From: a virus
Taxonomy: Duplodnaviria > Caudoviricetes
Length of the DNA: 64,000 bases
IMG/VR virus record: IMGVR_UViG_3300037067_018293
Span: 1 to 64,000 of that record
Direction: 5' to 3' (one strand)
Shown here in pieces: positions 1 through 9,438 of this stretch (its first letter is position 1; every line of letters starts with the position of its first letter). The notes beneath the pieces were generated by a model, which was not told where the DNA came from, did not search any database, and saw nothing but the letters and a program-made list of their open reading frames with translations. Both the position numbers and the translations under genes were made by a program.

Positions 1-230
1 TTGCCCATCCGAAGTTTGCCCCACTGAGGTCTGCCCCACTGAGGTTTGCCCCACTGAGGTTTGCCCCTCCGAGGTCTGCCCCTCTGAGGTTTGCCCCACT
101 GAGGTCTGCCCCACTGAGGTCTGCCCAATGGAGGTCTGCCCCACTGAGGTTTGCCCCACTGAGATTTGCCCTACTGAGATTTGCCCTACTGAGATTTGCC
201 TCTACGAGGTCTGCCCCTACGAGGTCTGCC
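1..230 (+). repeat. 15-bp tandem repeat (GAGGTCTGCCCCACT-like), coding repeat of the pentapeptide gene
   Basis: About 15 degenerate copies; the reverse complement AGTGGGGCAGACCTC encodes SGADL. Confidence 0.9.
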
Positions 231-388
231 TCTTCATCTTGACTAGCGTACCAAGTATTCCATTCAGCAACAGAACTACTCTGAAGAAACGCTATTTGAT
301 CTTCTTTGGAAAGAATGTCGTTAGGTTGGGGAGGAACTAGATCTCCAGCCTGACGATAAACTCTACCTTGGTGCCGAATGGTCCTCAT
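1..388 (-). CDS. Pentapeptide-repeat protein (3' end runs off the window)
   Basis: Manual translation from ATG at 388 gives [15 protein letters not shown]...[35 protein letters not shown]..., canonical A(D/N)Lxx pentapeptides. Missing from the ORF track because no stop lies in the window. Confidence 0.9.
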   Translation of the reverse strand, partial: MRTIRHQGRVYRQAGDLVPPQPNDILSKEDQIAFLQSSSVAEWNTWYASQDEEADLVGADLVEANLSRANLSRANLSGANLSGADLHWADLSGADLSGANLRGADLGGANLSGANLSGADLSGANFGWA

Positions 389-468
389 GGTGTTTTTTCC
401 TCTAGACCAAATTTTTTCAAGAGCAGAACACGATGGTTCCGCCCCGCTGTTTAATCAACCGGCACGAA

Positions 469-1689
469 CTAGCGACCGCGCGTGATGGAACCGGACTTCA
501 GGAGACCCCTGCGGATCGCCTGAGCGGACGAATCCATATCGTCGGTCGGGGCAGCGGCCTGACGCTGCGGGGCCGGCGCCATGGTGCGGAGCGCCGGCAT
601 GGTGTTGCGCTGCGGCACGAAAGGATCGACCTCAAGACCACGGGCCTGCGGTGCCACATACCCAGCCTTCTTGATCATCTTCTCGACCTGTGCCATTGAA
701 TCCTTCTCGTACCCGAGCCACTCGTCCGCCTGGTCGAGCATGGCCTCGAAATACTTGGCGCCGGAGTCCTGCATGGCGTCCTCGAACAGATCCACGATGA
801 CGGCATCCGGCACACCCGCCGTCTTGAACTTGGCCCGTACGGCGTCGCGCAGCGGGTTGTCCAGCACCACGTTCTTGATGGACGCCTCCATCGCGAGCTT
901 GACGTTGTGGATCAGCGAGTTCTTCAGTTCCGCCAGCTTGGTCTGGATCGTCTGGGTCGCGGCCGTCGTCATGAGGGCTTCGGCTTTACCCTGGGCGGCC
1001 TTGTCCGTCACCTTGGCGGCGTAGTACCGGATGTTGAGGTCCGGCGCCACGTTGGCAAAACCAAGCTGCTGGATCGCAGCCGTCACGTGCTGCGGGAACT
1101 CCTCTGTGGAGAACAGATCCTTGGTAGCGTCGTCGGTAATGAGGTCGCTGCGGCGGATCTCACCCATGGGCTTGCCATCCACCACCACGACGTAATGAGG
1201 ATCGTCGGACGCGTGGTACAGCATCGCGACCTCGGCGTTACGATCGATGCCGTTGATCTCGTCCTCGCTGTGCAGCATCGTCCACTTGCCCTTGACCTTG
1301 GACGTAGCGACGGCCGCTTCCTTCTCCTCGGCCTTTTCCTCTTCCTTCTCGTCCTCGTCCTCCTTGTCTTCCTCGTCCTTCTCCTCACCTTCCTCGTCGC
1401 CCTCTTCGCCCTCAGCTTCCTCGTCCTCTACGTCCTTGGCAGGGACGCAGCCGGGGGGACACTCGAACTCCTCGAACTCTTCCTCGTCAACCTCGACGAT
1501 TTCATCGTCGTCCATCAGCTCGTCACCGAATTCCCCGCCGAACTCGTCGTCGACGCCCAGGATGCTGTCCAGATCCATGTCGGCGTACTCGTCCTCTTCG
1601 CCACGGCGCATGCGGGGCATTTCGGCACGGCGACCAACAGGACGACGGGCACGACGGGACATCTCTGCAAAACGATTCTTCCTAAGCAT
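469..1689 (-). CDS. Hypothetical phage protein with very acidic low-complexity tract; possible capsid scaffold
   Basis: 406 aa; Arg-rich N-terminus, then a long E/D tract and a helical C-terminus. The scaffold role is inferred from composition and context only. Confidence 0.45.
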   Translation of the reverse strand: MLRKNRFAEMSRRARRPVGRRAEMPRMRRGEEDEYADMDLDSILGVDDEFGGEFGDELMDDDEIVEVDEEEFEEFECPPGCVPAKDVEDEEAEGEEGDEEGEEKDEEDKEDEDEKEEEKAEEKEAAVATSKVKGKWTMLHSEDEINGIDRNAEVAMLYHASDDPHYVVVVDGKPMGEIRRSDLITDDATKDLFSTEEFPQHVTAAIQQLGFANVAPDLNIRYYAAKVTDKAAQGKAEALMTTAATQTIQTKLAELKNSLIHNVKLAMEASIKNVVLDNPLRDAVRAKFKTAGVPDAVIVDLFEDAMQDSGAKYFEAMLDQADEWLGYEKDSMAQVEKMIKKAGYVAPQARGLEVDPFVPQRNTMPALRTMAPAPQRQAAAPTDDMDSSAQAIRRGLLKSGSITRGR

Positions 1690-1765
1690 TGTTCTGAACT
1701 CCTCTGATGTGGGTTTTGTTACGGCACCTGGAAGGATTGGGTTTAGGTGCGGTGCCGTTTGTAAA

Positions 1766-2161
1766 TTAAGCTAGGCGTTGAACCGACCAGTCCAACGCTT
1801 GGTGCATGTTGTAGAACGAGCCACTACCGGAATCGTTAGGCGTCGCGTACGTGATGCCGATGGGATACTTTCCTTGCGTGTTGCTCAAGGTCCAGACCAT
1901 CGTGTCGACGCGAGCGCCACGACGAATCGTTACGTTGTAGATGGTTTCGCCTGAATTCGTAGCGGTCATGGTACAGGCAAGACGTCGGCGCAGACAATCG
2001 AGCCAGTAGCCCACGGCGTCCGACACCGATGTGATGCCGACGGGAATGTCCTGCAAGATCGTCGGCGTCGTGCTGGCGATTTGATCCGGCGACGTGATGT
2101 TGTAGCATCCCGCCATTGTGGGCGATACGTTAGTCCGCCAGACTTTACCCCAAAATGCCAT
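1766..2161 (-). CDS. Hypothetical protein
   Basis: 131-aa ORF co-oriented with neighbours. Confidence 0.65.
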   Translation of the reverse strand: MAFWGKVWRTNVSPTMAGCYNITSPDQIASTTPTILQDIPVGITSVSDAVGYWLDCLRRRLACTMTATNSGETIYNVTIRRGARVDTMVWTLSNTQGKYPIGITYATPNDSGSGSFYNMHQALDWSVQRLA

Positions 2162-2211
2162 GCAATTCCTCGGTCAACAGGGTGAGACGAACGTATCCCA
2201 CCTGCTAAAGA

Positions 2212-2454
2212 TTAACCATTTTTCGGTATGGTTGCCGAAACCAAAGCATCGACTTTTTGCTCCAATGTTTTCAGTCGTACGTCAATATCTTTGATCTGAT
2301 CGTACACAACGTCAACCCCCATGATCGCAACGTTGGCGTTACCGATGTACTGTCCCCACGTCTCTAACGTTTTCTCCAGTTCCGCCAGTTTGGTGCCGAG
2401 TTGTTGTACTGCCTGAAACAGAAGCGTTCGGTTGGTTGTTTTGGGATCCATCAT
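2212..2454 (-). CDS. Small coiled-coil hypothetical protein
   Basis: 80 aa with heptad pattern; its ATG abuts the right end of IscB element 1. Confidence 0.65.
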   Translation of the reverse strand: MMDPKTTNRTLLFQAVQQLGTKLAELEKTLETWGQYIGNANVAIMGVDVVYDQIKDIDVRLKTLEQKVDALVSATIPKNG

Positions 2455-2476
2455 TCTTCCGCGCGGGGACCCCGAG

Positions 2477-3874
2477 CTAAAGCTCGGGGTCCCCGCGCGG
2501 CTCCTTGGTTTGGAGAGTGGTTAACCAAGTTGCACTACTTTCCAGTAACCGACAGTCCTTGGCTTTAGCATCCCCGTTGATTTTGGTTTTGTTCAATAGC
2601 CTGAGATCAAAAGTCCCTCTGGTTCTCCTACCGAATACAAAACACTCTTGCCCTTTCCAAAGAACTTTATCATAGCGTTGGAAACCCATGATGTACCGAG
2701 CTGCCGTGTTTCTAACACCACTGTGTGGTCCTTTGAATAGCTTACGGTTTTGTTTCCTAACTTGTTTGATCACATAAGAACAACATCTAGGTCGGTCTAT
2801 TTTACTCGCGATCACGAAAGCATCGTTCGCGTGACTCTTAGAAAGTCCTGCCAGTATTCTATTGTGCTTGGTAATGTACCCATAAGTGTATCTACACTTC
2901 AACACATCTACCAACCGCCGCCGCACCAGCGTCATAAAGGTTTCGGCTTTGAAGCCCTTGGTGGGTTTTCTCTGCGTGAGTTTAATCTTTCCAGCATGAT
3001 AAGCCTTATGGCAAGTCTCACATAGCGTGATCAAATTAGCTGGTCTGTTGCCGCCCGTTTTCCTAGACTCTAGATGGTGAACTGTTAAGATTGGGTCTTT
3101 AGACTTACCCTTACAATGACGACACTTATGGTTGTCTCTATGTAGGATATACTCTCTAACGTTAGCGAAATCCTTTTGTTCTCCGTCTTGGTATTGTTTG
3201 CCACTTATGCCTGGATTCTTTATCTTCTGGATATCGAACGCCGCTACTTCTATGATGACTCTGGTGATGGGTAGGATCTTTTTGATCTGTTCCACTAGCC
3301 TGACGTGGCTGTCTAGCTTGTGCCGGATCGAAGGAGCAAGCCAGCCTTTAGGGATGCCGCGATTAAGAAAACGAGCTTGACGATAACGCGTTTTTCTGTT
3401 TCTACGGTTTCGTCTATAGGCCCTTTTCTCTGAAAGTAGATCTACTATATCGGTTCTAAGCTGAACCTCAGCAGAGTAAAGCTCTTGCTTTTTAGAGACG
3501 GCTGATAAGCCCACGTGCTTGAAGCCGCTGTCTACGCCTAGCCTAATGGGCTGTTTATTTTCTCCCGTAGGATAATTTAGCTGTATAGTAAAAGGTGTTC
3601 TCTTTACTACTCTAGCCTTTCCTGCCTTCAGCAACACTCGGGCCTTCCTAGGCGTCGTTGGCATCAAAGGTTGACCGCGCTGATTCAGAACATAGACAGA
3701 GACTCGCGAGTTCTGTCCGCCCACCGAAGTAGGTGTAAGGTCCTCATCGGGATGGTTGGAAGAGGTTTTTAAACGCTGGACACCGCTCCTACCCCTTAGA
3801 GCTTTTAATCCAGCATCACGGTTGCCCGCAGCTTGAGGAGCACCACGGGGTGTGTATGTATTTCTCTCAACCAA
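2477..3874 (-). CDS. iscB: RNA-guided endonuclease IscB (start uncertain)
   Basis: PLMP motif (GQPLMPT), RuvC-I LGVDSG, RRxRR bridge helix, RuvC-II IIEVA, HNH (VHH...NLITLC..CH), RuvC-III HANDA; catalytic residues present. Confidence 0.95.
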   Translation of the reverse strand: MVERNTYTPRGAPQAAGNRDAGLKALRGRSGVQRLKTSSNHPDEDLTPTSVGGQNSRVSVYVLNQRGQPLMPTTPRKARVLLKAGKARVVKRTPFTIQLNYPTGENKQPIRLGVDSGFKHVGLSAVSKKQELYSAEVQLRTDIVDLLSEKRAYRRNRRNRKTRYRQARFLNRGIPKGWLAPSIRHKLDSHVRLVEQIKKILPITRVIIEVAAFDIQKIKNPGISGKQYQDGEQKDFANVREYILHRDNHKCRHCKGKSKDPILTVHHLESRKTGGNRPANLITLCETCHKAYHAGKIKLTQRKPTKGFKAETFMTLVRRRLVDVLKCRYTYGYITKHNRILAGLSKSHANDAFVIASKIDRPRCCSYVIKQVRKQNRKLFKGPHSGVRNTAARYIMGFQRYDKVLWKGQECFVFGRRTRGTFDLRLLNKTKINGDAKAKDCRLLESSATWLTTLQTKEPRGDPEL

Positions 3875-3949
3875 CGTTTACTTCCTTAGAAGTTCCCTAG
3901 TAAGCATGGGCTCCGAAAAGCCCCCGCCTTTAGGCGTGGGGTTGCTTAC
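3700..3949 (-). ncRNA. Putative omegaRNA of IscB element 1
   Basis: ~250-nt structured leader upstream of the PLMP domain, conserved with the leaders at 19305-19555 and 25630-25880. Confidence 0.75.
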
Positions 3950-3957
3950 CGGTTCCA

Positions 3958-4974
3958 TCAGGTACCCTCAATGTTGATCGGTTCCATGACCTCACCATCG
4001 GGCGTGATGGTGGCGGTGAACCGGTAGGGTTGTTTACCGAACTCCTCTTGCGATGGAACGAAGTCCTTGAACCGCACGTGCCCCGTGATGTCGAACCCCA
4101 AGGTGTCGGACCCATAGGGCACACGCTTCGACGGCCCCACCAACGACACCTGTCCTTTTTCCAAATCGAAACGATTGCGGATCGTCCGGATGATGGGCTG
4201 TAGGTAAAGCTCGCGCCAGTTGGCCCCTGGGTCGTCCTCTAGTTTCTCCACCATCTCGGGTTCCGTTGGACCTACGGCTGGATCTTGGGCGAGTCGGAGG
4301 AAAGCTGCGCGGCGATTTCGGATCTGATTTTTTGCAGAGTTTGCCATTGGTCCTCGATGTCGCCCGTCAGGGCTTCTAGGATTTCGTTTGTTTCGCGCAC
4401 TCGACGTGCGTGTTCCATCGACTGTTCCACCAGGTTGTCCAGAAGTTCTTTGGTCTCCCGGATCGCGATGACCAGTTGTTCCGGTGTCCTCATAACAGCA
4501 CTGTGGCGTCGGTTCCGCCACCAGGTTTGAGACGACGGCGTAGCCTTGGGCTTCCAATTGCGCTGCGTAGAAGTCCAGGTGATCAACACGGTCATCATGT
4601 AGATGAATTACGTTAGCGTCGTGCAGCATCGCGGCGTTCAGGATGGTGGCGAGTTTCCACCGTTTTGATTCTGTACTGGGACGCAACGCTACAACGTCGA
4701 AATCGAGGTCCTGTTGAACCAACAGGTCCTCGATACGGTAACGGAAAATCTTGTCCAACCTACCTGTCAGCAACATCGTATATGCCGTGGGATCCTGTAT
4801 TGCCTTCCTTGCCGCAGCCAACGTGCTGGCGATCCACCAAGACGCGTCTGGTTCCCACGGTAAACACGGCGGCTCCATTGACTCTGCCATGTCCCACCAA
4901 TCCCAACCATAGGCAGGATCCTCGGGACTGCGGAGCAGCGTACCGTCGAAATCAAATACATGGAGCGACATCAA
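3958..4974 (-). CDS. HAD-superfamily phosphatase (Swiss-Army-knife RNA-repair-like HAD) with unrelated C-terminal extension
   Basis: N-terminal HVFDFDGTL, LLTGR and LHDDR motifs. The C-terminal half probably represents run-on into separate genes. Confidence 0.7.
   Translation of the reverse strand: MMSLHVFDFDGTLLRSPEDPAYGWDWWDMAESMEPPCLPWEPDASWWIASTLAAARKAIQDPTAYTMLLTGRLDKIFRYRIEDLLVQQDLDFDVVALRPSTESKRWKLATILNAAMLHDANVIHLHDDRVDHLDFYAAQLEAQGYAVVSNLVAEPTPQCCYEDTGTTGHRDPGDQRTSGQPGGTVDGTRTSSARNKRNPRSPDGRHRGPMANSAKNQIRNRRAAFLRLAQDPAVGPTEPEMVEKLEDDPGANWRELYLQPIIRTIRNRFDLEKGQVSLVGPSKRVPYGSDTLGFDITGHVRFKDFVPSQEEFGKQPYRFTATITPDGEVMEPINIEGT
4272..4493 (-). CDS. Small coiled-coil protein (MRTPEQLVIAIRET...) overlapping the HAD ORF in another frame
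   Basis: Amphipathic helical sequence; ATG sits in a TTATGAGG junction typical of coupled genes. Confidence 0.45.
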   Translation of the reverse strand: MRTPEQLVIAIRETKELLDNLVEQSMEHARRVRETNEILEALTGDIEDQWQTLQKIRSEIAAQLSSDSPKIQP

Positions 4975-6095
4975 AATAATCCATCAATCATAGGACGTTT
5001 CCGTTGAACCGAAAGGGTCCTGCCCTCTGGTTTGGGCGTCGGGTTCGTAGCGGCGGCAGGTCGTCGATTTGCCGTAGACGTCGGTACTGACGTAGGAGTC
5101 GGGCGTTCTGTCCGCTTACGACACGTTTGCAGACACAACTGTAGGCTGGCCTCGCAGGTCTGGTGGAACGTCTGCTCGCTCGACAGTTCAGCCTGTAGGC
5201 GTTCGATGGAACCACGGAGTCGATCATGGTCCTGTGTGATGTCTTGGATCTTCTCCCAGAAATCTCGCCACAGGTTTTCATCCGTGGGCTTGTCTCGTAA
5301 TTTCGTCGCGAGGTTTTTCAGCACGACGGTTTTGTTCGCCGCCTTGTCGCGTGCTTCCGCGACCGACAGTAACGCACGGTTGAGTTCCGTGGTCTGTTGT
5401 TCCAAGGCCGTCGTAAAGAACTTGAGGAAGTTCTCCTCGATTTTCAACCGGTCGGTATTGAAACGCCGTACCGTGCGGTGCTGGTGGATTTCCCGTTCCT
5501 TGCGGTTAATTTGTTTCGTTACACTGTCTCGTCTCCACTGCTCTTCGGGCTTCAGAGCTTTACGTTCGTTTCGTAACTCTAGGATTTCGGCGTCGAGCTT
5601 CTTTTCCTCTTTGACGGCGGCGTCAAGGTCACGCTGCAGATTCGCCATGATGACGTTGGTCTCGGCCAAGCGTTTCCGCAAACCAGAGATCGGAGCCAAG
5701 CGATCGAACATTCCCCTGTACTGTTGTTCTGCGTCCTGTAGCTCGACGCCAAAGAAACTCGGGTTCGCGTTGACCATTTGGGCGATGATGCCGAGTTGGA
5801 ACATGCTGGTGGGATCCTGTAGCGTCGCCTTTTCCGCCACCCCGATGACGCGGGTAAACAACTCGGCCTGGAGCTTGCGTTTGTCCTGTTGCTGTTTGAC
5901 CTTCAGTTCGTGTGCCGCTTGGTGGGTTTGTTGTCGCTGTTGACAATGGGAGAACACGGCGGTCGTGAGGGGAGCGCCCACAACCAACGCGAACGACAAC
6001 GCTAGCCCGACGTACTTACCCGTGTTGGTCGTCGGTACGACGGTCTGTAGCTTTTCGGCAGTCGTTACGATTTCGTCAACGGTCTTGGTATCCAT
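4971..6095 (-). CDS. Membrane-anchored long coiled-coil protein
   Basis: Hydrophobic segment YVGLALSFALVVGAPLTTAVF followed by extended heptads. Confidence 0.7.
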   Translation of the reverse strand: MDTKTVDEIVTTAEKLQTVVPTTNTGKYVGLALSFALVVGAPLTTAVFSHCQQRQQTHQAAHELKVKQQQDKRKLQAELFTRVIGVAEKATLQDPTSMFQLGIIAQMVNANPSFFGVELQDAEQQYRGMFDRLAPISGLRKRLAETNVIMANLQRDLDAAVKEEKKLDAEILELRNERKALKPEEQWRRDSVTKQINRKEREIHQHRTVRRFNTDRLKIEENFLKFFTTALEQQTTELNRALLSVAEARDKAANKTVVLKNLATKLRDKPTDENLWRDFWEKIQDITQDHDRLRGSIERLQAELSSEQTFHQTCEASLQLCLQTCRKRTERPTPTSVPTSTANRRPAAATNPTPKPEGRTLSVQRKRPMIDGLF

Positions 6096-6117
6096 CGTAC
6101 GCCTCGGTAATGCGTTA

Positions 6118-7917
6118 CTATAGCGAAAAGAACGGATCTACGTGATGCAAAAGTTCTACGACACCAAAGTGTAGGTCAAGGCTCTGGAGTTCTTCCTGCG
6201 TGAACCATCCGTAATCGTCGTTCTCCCAGTTCAACGTAGGGCGAAAACGCCGAGCCGTCATGGCCGACACCTTTGCGACGTACGTGACGTAGCGAAAGCG
6301 ATCCTCCTGGTAGACGTATTGATCGACGACCTGATGAGTCGGCAGGGTACCGAGTTCCTCACGGGTCTCTTGCTTGGCGCTGACGTAGGGATCGCGGAAC
6401 GTGCCCTTGCTGGTTTGGGGTACAGCACCGCCTGGAATTCCCCAGGTGCCCGGCTCCTCAACGCCACTGGAACGGTGGAGCAACAGGATCCTCTCGCCTG
6501 TGGTGAAAAGGATGCCGCTGCCCTGGTTGCCCCAACGACCTGTCGGAGTCCAGCCGACGTCTTCATAATGGTCTGCTACGCGATGATGTACACTTGCTGA
6601 TCTAGGTGTGGTTTTCTTTTGTACCTGGCTACCGACGAGCCCGAACGACGCGGTACGAATCGAAACTTCTGGTAGCACTACAGACAACCAACTACGAACA
6701 ATCGGATAAACAGCATGATCGCCCCACGCCAACCACGCACCGAACGCTTCGCAAAACGCTTCTTCGTAGCTCTTACTCGCGTACCCGCTGATCGGATGCT
6801 TCGGCACCGACAAATATCGATCTTCTGCCATCATATTGATGACGTCTTGTTTAGTAGCATTTTGTGTTTGATACCGATAATGTGGATGATAATAAAGTGA
6901 ATTGAGTTGCAAGTAAGTATCGATGTCTCCCTTGGCAAGAAATACATCGTCTACCATAAGGAGGCGGTCGTAACGCTCAGGCCAGTTATCCAACACATAT
7001 TGAAGATCTAAGTTAGGCCCGTAATCTTGTCGTACTGCTTGCTCCCAGAATTCTCGTGCCGATCCACCAAGATATTGTTTGTAGACAAAATGCCCCATCT
7101 CATGTGCTATGGTGTGGGTCAGCCGACTAACTGGATCCATATCTTCACGCGAGCTAGTAAGATTTGACATATAGAGCGTAATGTAATGCGGATCGTACTC
7201 GCCACCTTTGTCTAACGTTACGTCAAAGTGGAGTACAAACGGCAGTGTGTGACGTAGCAACCAAGGAAACTTATCCTTGGCTGTAGCACGATATCGTTTC
7301 AATGCCTGATGTGCTACGTCGAGAAAATGTGCGGTGTCCTTTTTGTGGTAACCTTGCCCAGCACCTACGATCCGTACATCAAAACCTTCAATACTGAGAT
7401 TTTGTTGATCCAGTGTCTCAACATAGGGCTGTGTAGCAGTAGCGTTGTACTGTGGGTATTGCTCAACAAACTCTTTTAGGTCTTTCCACAAAGCACGAGC
7501 GTGCCGATGCACACGAGCTACCCAAGTATCTCGGTCGGAAACAAAACGATGATACCGCGCTTCTTTCGTGTAGTAGTCATCAGCACGCTCTAACGGTACT
7601 GATAACAAATCCAGATGTAGATCCCACGCAGATTTGCGCAGCCGTTTGGTCCAATGCCCCACTATGTCGGTTGGTAGCCCAAGTTCGTACGGTAAAACGT
7701 TCTTTACAAAACGCTCAAGGATCGTGTCTTCCAACTCATGGTTATACTGCTTCGCCACTTCCTTGAACTCTAAGGCCGTGTCGTAATTTACGACGACGTC
7801 CACACTACGAAGGAAACGTAGAAGTCCAAGGCGCCACCGTTGCACAAAATCCTGATCTATCTGCAGTACAGCGGCAGTCTTGATGGCTGTAGAAACAGCT
7901 CCTCTGTATTTTACCAT
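6118..7917 (-). CDS. Zincin-like metallopeptidase plus C-terminal NUDIX hydrolase fusion
   Basis: HTIAHEMGH (HExxH), YASKSYEEAFCEAF, and Nudix box GIPGG...AKQETREELG. Likely start ATG 7917, overlapping the upstream stop. Confidence 0.75.
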   Translation of the reverse strand: MVKYRGAVSTAIKTAAVLQIDQDFVQRWRLGLLRFLRSVDVVVNYDTALEFKEVAKQYNHELEDTILERFVKNVLPYELGLPTDIVGHWTKRLRKSAWDLHLDLLSVPLERADDYYTKEARYHRFVSDRDTWVARVHRHARALWKDLKEFVEQYPQYNATATQPYVETLDQQNLSIEGFDVRIVGAGQGYHKKDTAHFLDVAHQALKRYRATAKDKFPWLLRHTLPFVLHFDVTLDKGGEYDPHYITLYMSNLTSSREDMDPVSRLTHTIAHEMGHFVYKQYLGGSAREFWEQAVRQDYGPNLDLQYVLDNWPERYDRLLMVDDVFLAKGDIDTYLQLNSLYYHPHYRYQTQNATKQDVINMMAEDRYLSVPKHPISGYASKSYEEAFCEAFGAWLAWGDHAVYPIVRSWLSVVLPEVSIRTASFGLVGSQVQKKTTPRSASVHHRVADHYEDVGWTPTGRWGNQGSGILFTTGERILLLHRSSGVEEPGTWGIPGGAVPQTSKGTFRDPYVSAKQETREELGTLPTHQVVDQYVYQEDRFRYVTYVAKVSAMTARRFRPTLNWENDDYGWFTQEELQSLDLHFGVVELLHHVDPFFSL

Positions 7918-8309
7918 GCTACCACCTGTTCCGCGACCAGCAAGGCCAACTCTTGCCACTCTGGCCATCGGGTATCGTCGCCCTCTACCGCGACTGTGAA
8001 GCTCTCGGCGAACGCTTCTTCCATGTTAGGCTGCCCCCAAGGCAAATCAGACCACACGTCTATGCCCATGTCCTTAGCTAACTTGGCCCAATGGCCCAGA
8101 CCAACGACAGAAGATACCCAGTGCCCAACCTCGTGCGTTAGGATCCAGGTCTGTGCTTCGGTCCACAATGCTAGAAACTTAGGACCGACGAATATGGTGT
8201 CGTGGTGCTGTGTAGCTTCGTTAGATAACGCCGCATCAAAATGTACCGGAACACCCAGCCACTCACTTGGTAGCACATAAATTGTGTTACGGTAGCGAAT
8301 CTTCTGCAT
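7911..8309 (-). CDS. Small zincin-like metallopeptidase-domain protein
   Basis: ILTHEVGHW and NMEEAFAESF motifs; start ATG 8309 overlaps the upstream TGA. Confidence 0.7.
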   Translation of the reverse strand: MQKIRYRNTIYVLPSEWLGVPVHFDAALSNEATQHHDTIFVGPKFLALWTEAQTWILTHEVGHWVSSVVGLGHWAKLAKDMGIDVWSDLPWGQPNMEEAFAESFTVAVEGDDTRWPEWQELALLVAEQVVAW

Positions 8310-9172
8310 CACGCCACCGCACAATTCGGCTCGCGGAGGATCCGCTGCCCGCCCATACGCTTGGGCGTGTAGATGGGTTCAAACCCGAAACGGCCATAGA
8401 ACCCAACCAATTGATCTAGTTTCATGCGGTGTCCGTGGGGGCGCGGTTGGAACTCTGGGATGTGGGTGAACTCGGCCATCGGGGACGCGAACCCCTCGAT
8501 CTTGACGCAGAACTCGTCCGCCAAGTGCGTCAGGATGCCGAGGGCTTTGGAACCCGCGCCCCCTTGAGCTGAGAACGCGACGAAGTAGTCGAGCTTTACG
8601 AGGTCTTCTGCTCGCCGCGTCAGCTCCAGGTGCGTGGGACCGAACCGAACCTCGACGGTCTCGTAGTTCTTGTCCTTCACCATCGGGGCGGCGCGGAAAC
8701 CAAACGACCCGCCCGACTGTACCAGAGCCGACAGGAACGCGGTCGCGGGATCTACGGCCTCGTAGGTGTCGCGTAACGCTTCTTCCACGCCACGTAAAAT
8801 CTGTCGCGCCGTCACGTTCCAGCCGTCAGCGCAACCATCACACATCAATAATTTGGAGCCCACGGCACTACAATAACGGATGTCTTGCTTTAGGTTGGGT
8901 AGGGCGTGCTGCACCCACAGACCACACAGCGTCTTGTTCTCGAAGTCCTGTAGGTACGGGACGCCAAACAGGTTGGCGTTGACCTCGTGCTCCAGGTGGG
9001 TCGCGGCATTTAGGTCCACGGCCAGCGCCCTGGAAAACCCGTAGGACGTGCGCTGTAGCGTCGCCCACCCGACGTCGCGGTCGAGGCCGCGCAGCACCGC
9101 GTCGAATTCCTCGGCGTAACGCCGTAGCGTCGTGTCGATCTGGTTGATCAATTCTGCCGTGCGGAACAACAT
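8309..9172 (-). CDS. Protein with C-terminal GNAT-like acetyltransferase domain (paralog 1)
   Basis: GAGSKALGILTHLAD and FYGRFGF match GNAT motifs A and B. Confidence 0.65.
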   Translation of the reverse strand: MLFRTAELINQIDTTLRRYAEEFDAVLRGLDRDVGWATLQRTSYGFSRALAVDLNAATHLEHEVNANLFGVPYLQDFENKTLCGLWVQHALPNLKQDIRYCSAVGSKLLMCDGCADGWNVTARQILRGVEEALRDTYEAVDPATAFLSALVQSGGSFGFRAAPMVKDKNYETVEVRFGPTHLELTRRAEDLVKLDYFVAFSAQGGAGSKALGILTHLADEFCVKIEGFASPMAEFTHIPEFQPRPHGHRMKLDQLVGFYGRFGFEPIYTPKRMGGQRILREPNCAVA

Positions 9173-9201
9173 CCTGGATCCCCTCGACAACGATGTGGAG
9201 C

Positions 9202-9438
9202 CTAACGATAGGAAGGGCGTGCACGGTAGCGAGCCGTCACGGGCTTGTAAATATCCTTGACGTGCATGCGGCCGTCCTGCCACCACACCACCGCGTAGGG
9301 CTTGCCCAGCAGGTGGATGTAAAACTCTCGCCCTCGGTATTCCTCGGCCAAGATGGTCGCGGCGTCAAAGGCTTCTTGTTCGTCCGCAGCTTCTTCGGAA
9401 ATCGCGATGTCTTGGTTTTCTACAGTGTAGTCTAGCAT
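9202..9438 (-). CDS. Small hypothetical protein
   Basis: MLDYTVENQ...; start overlaps the upstream stop. Confidence 0.55.
   Translation of the reverse strand: MLDYTVENQDIAISEEAADEQEAFDAATILAEEYRGREFYIHLLGKPYAVVWWQDGRMHVKDIYKPVTARYRARPSYR

Larger units (their letters stand above)
2455..3949 (-). mobile_element. IS200/IS605-superfamily IscB (OMEGA) element 1, non-autonomous
   Basis: Left end GTAAGCAACCCCACGCC-TAAA-GGCGGGGGC hairpin at ~3949, omegaRNA-like leader, iscB, and a perfect 19-bp right-end hairpin at 2459-2500. Ends accurate to a few nt. Confidence 0.85.

Noticed and set aside
1-230. Possible CRISPR array
   Set aside because: 15-bp head-to-tail repeats with no spacers; a coding repeat. 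No CRISPR array or cas gene was seen in the window.
128-340. Plus-strand ORF of EVCPT repeats
   Set aside because: Antisense shadow of the minus-strand pentapeptide-repeat gene (SGADL/SRANL).
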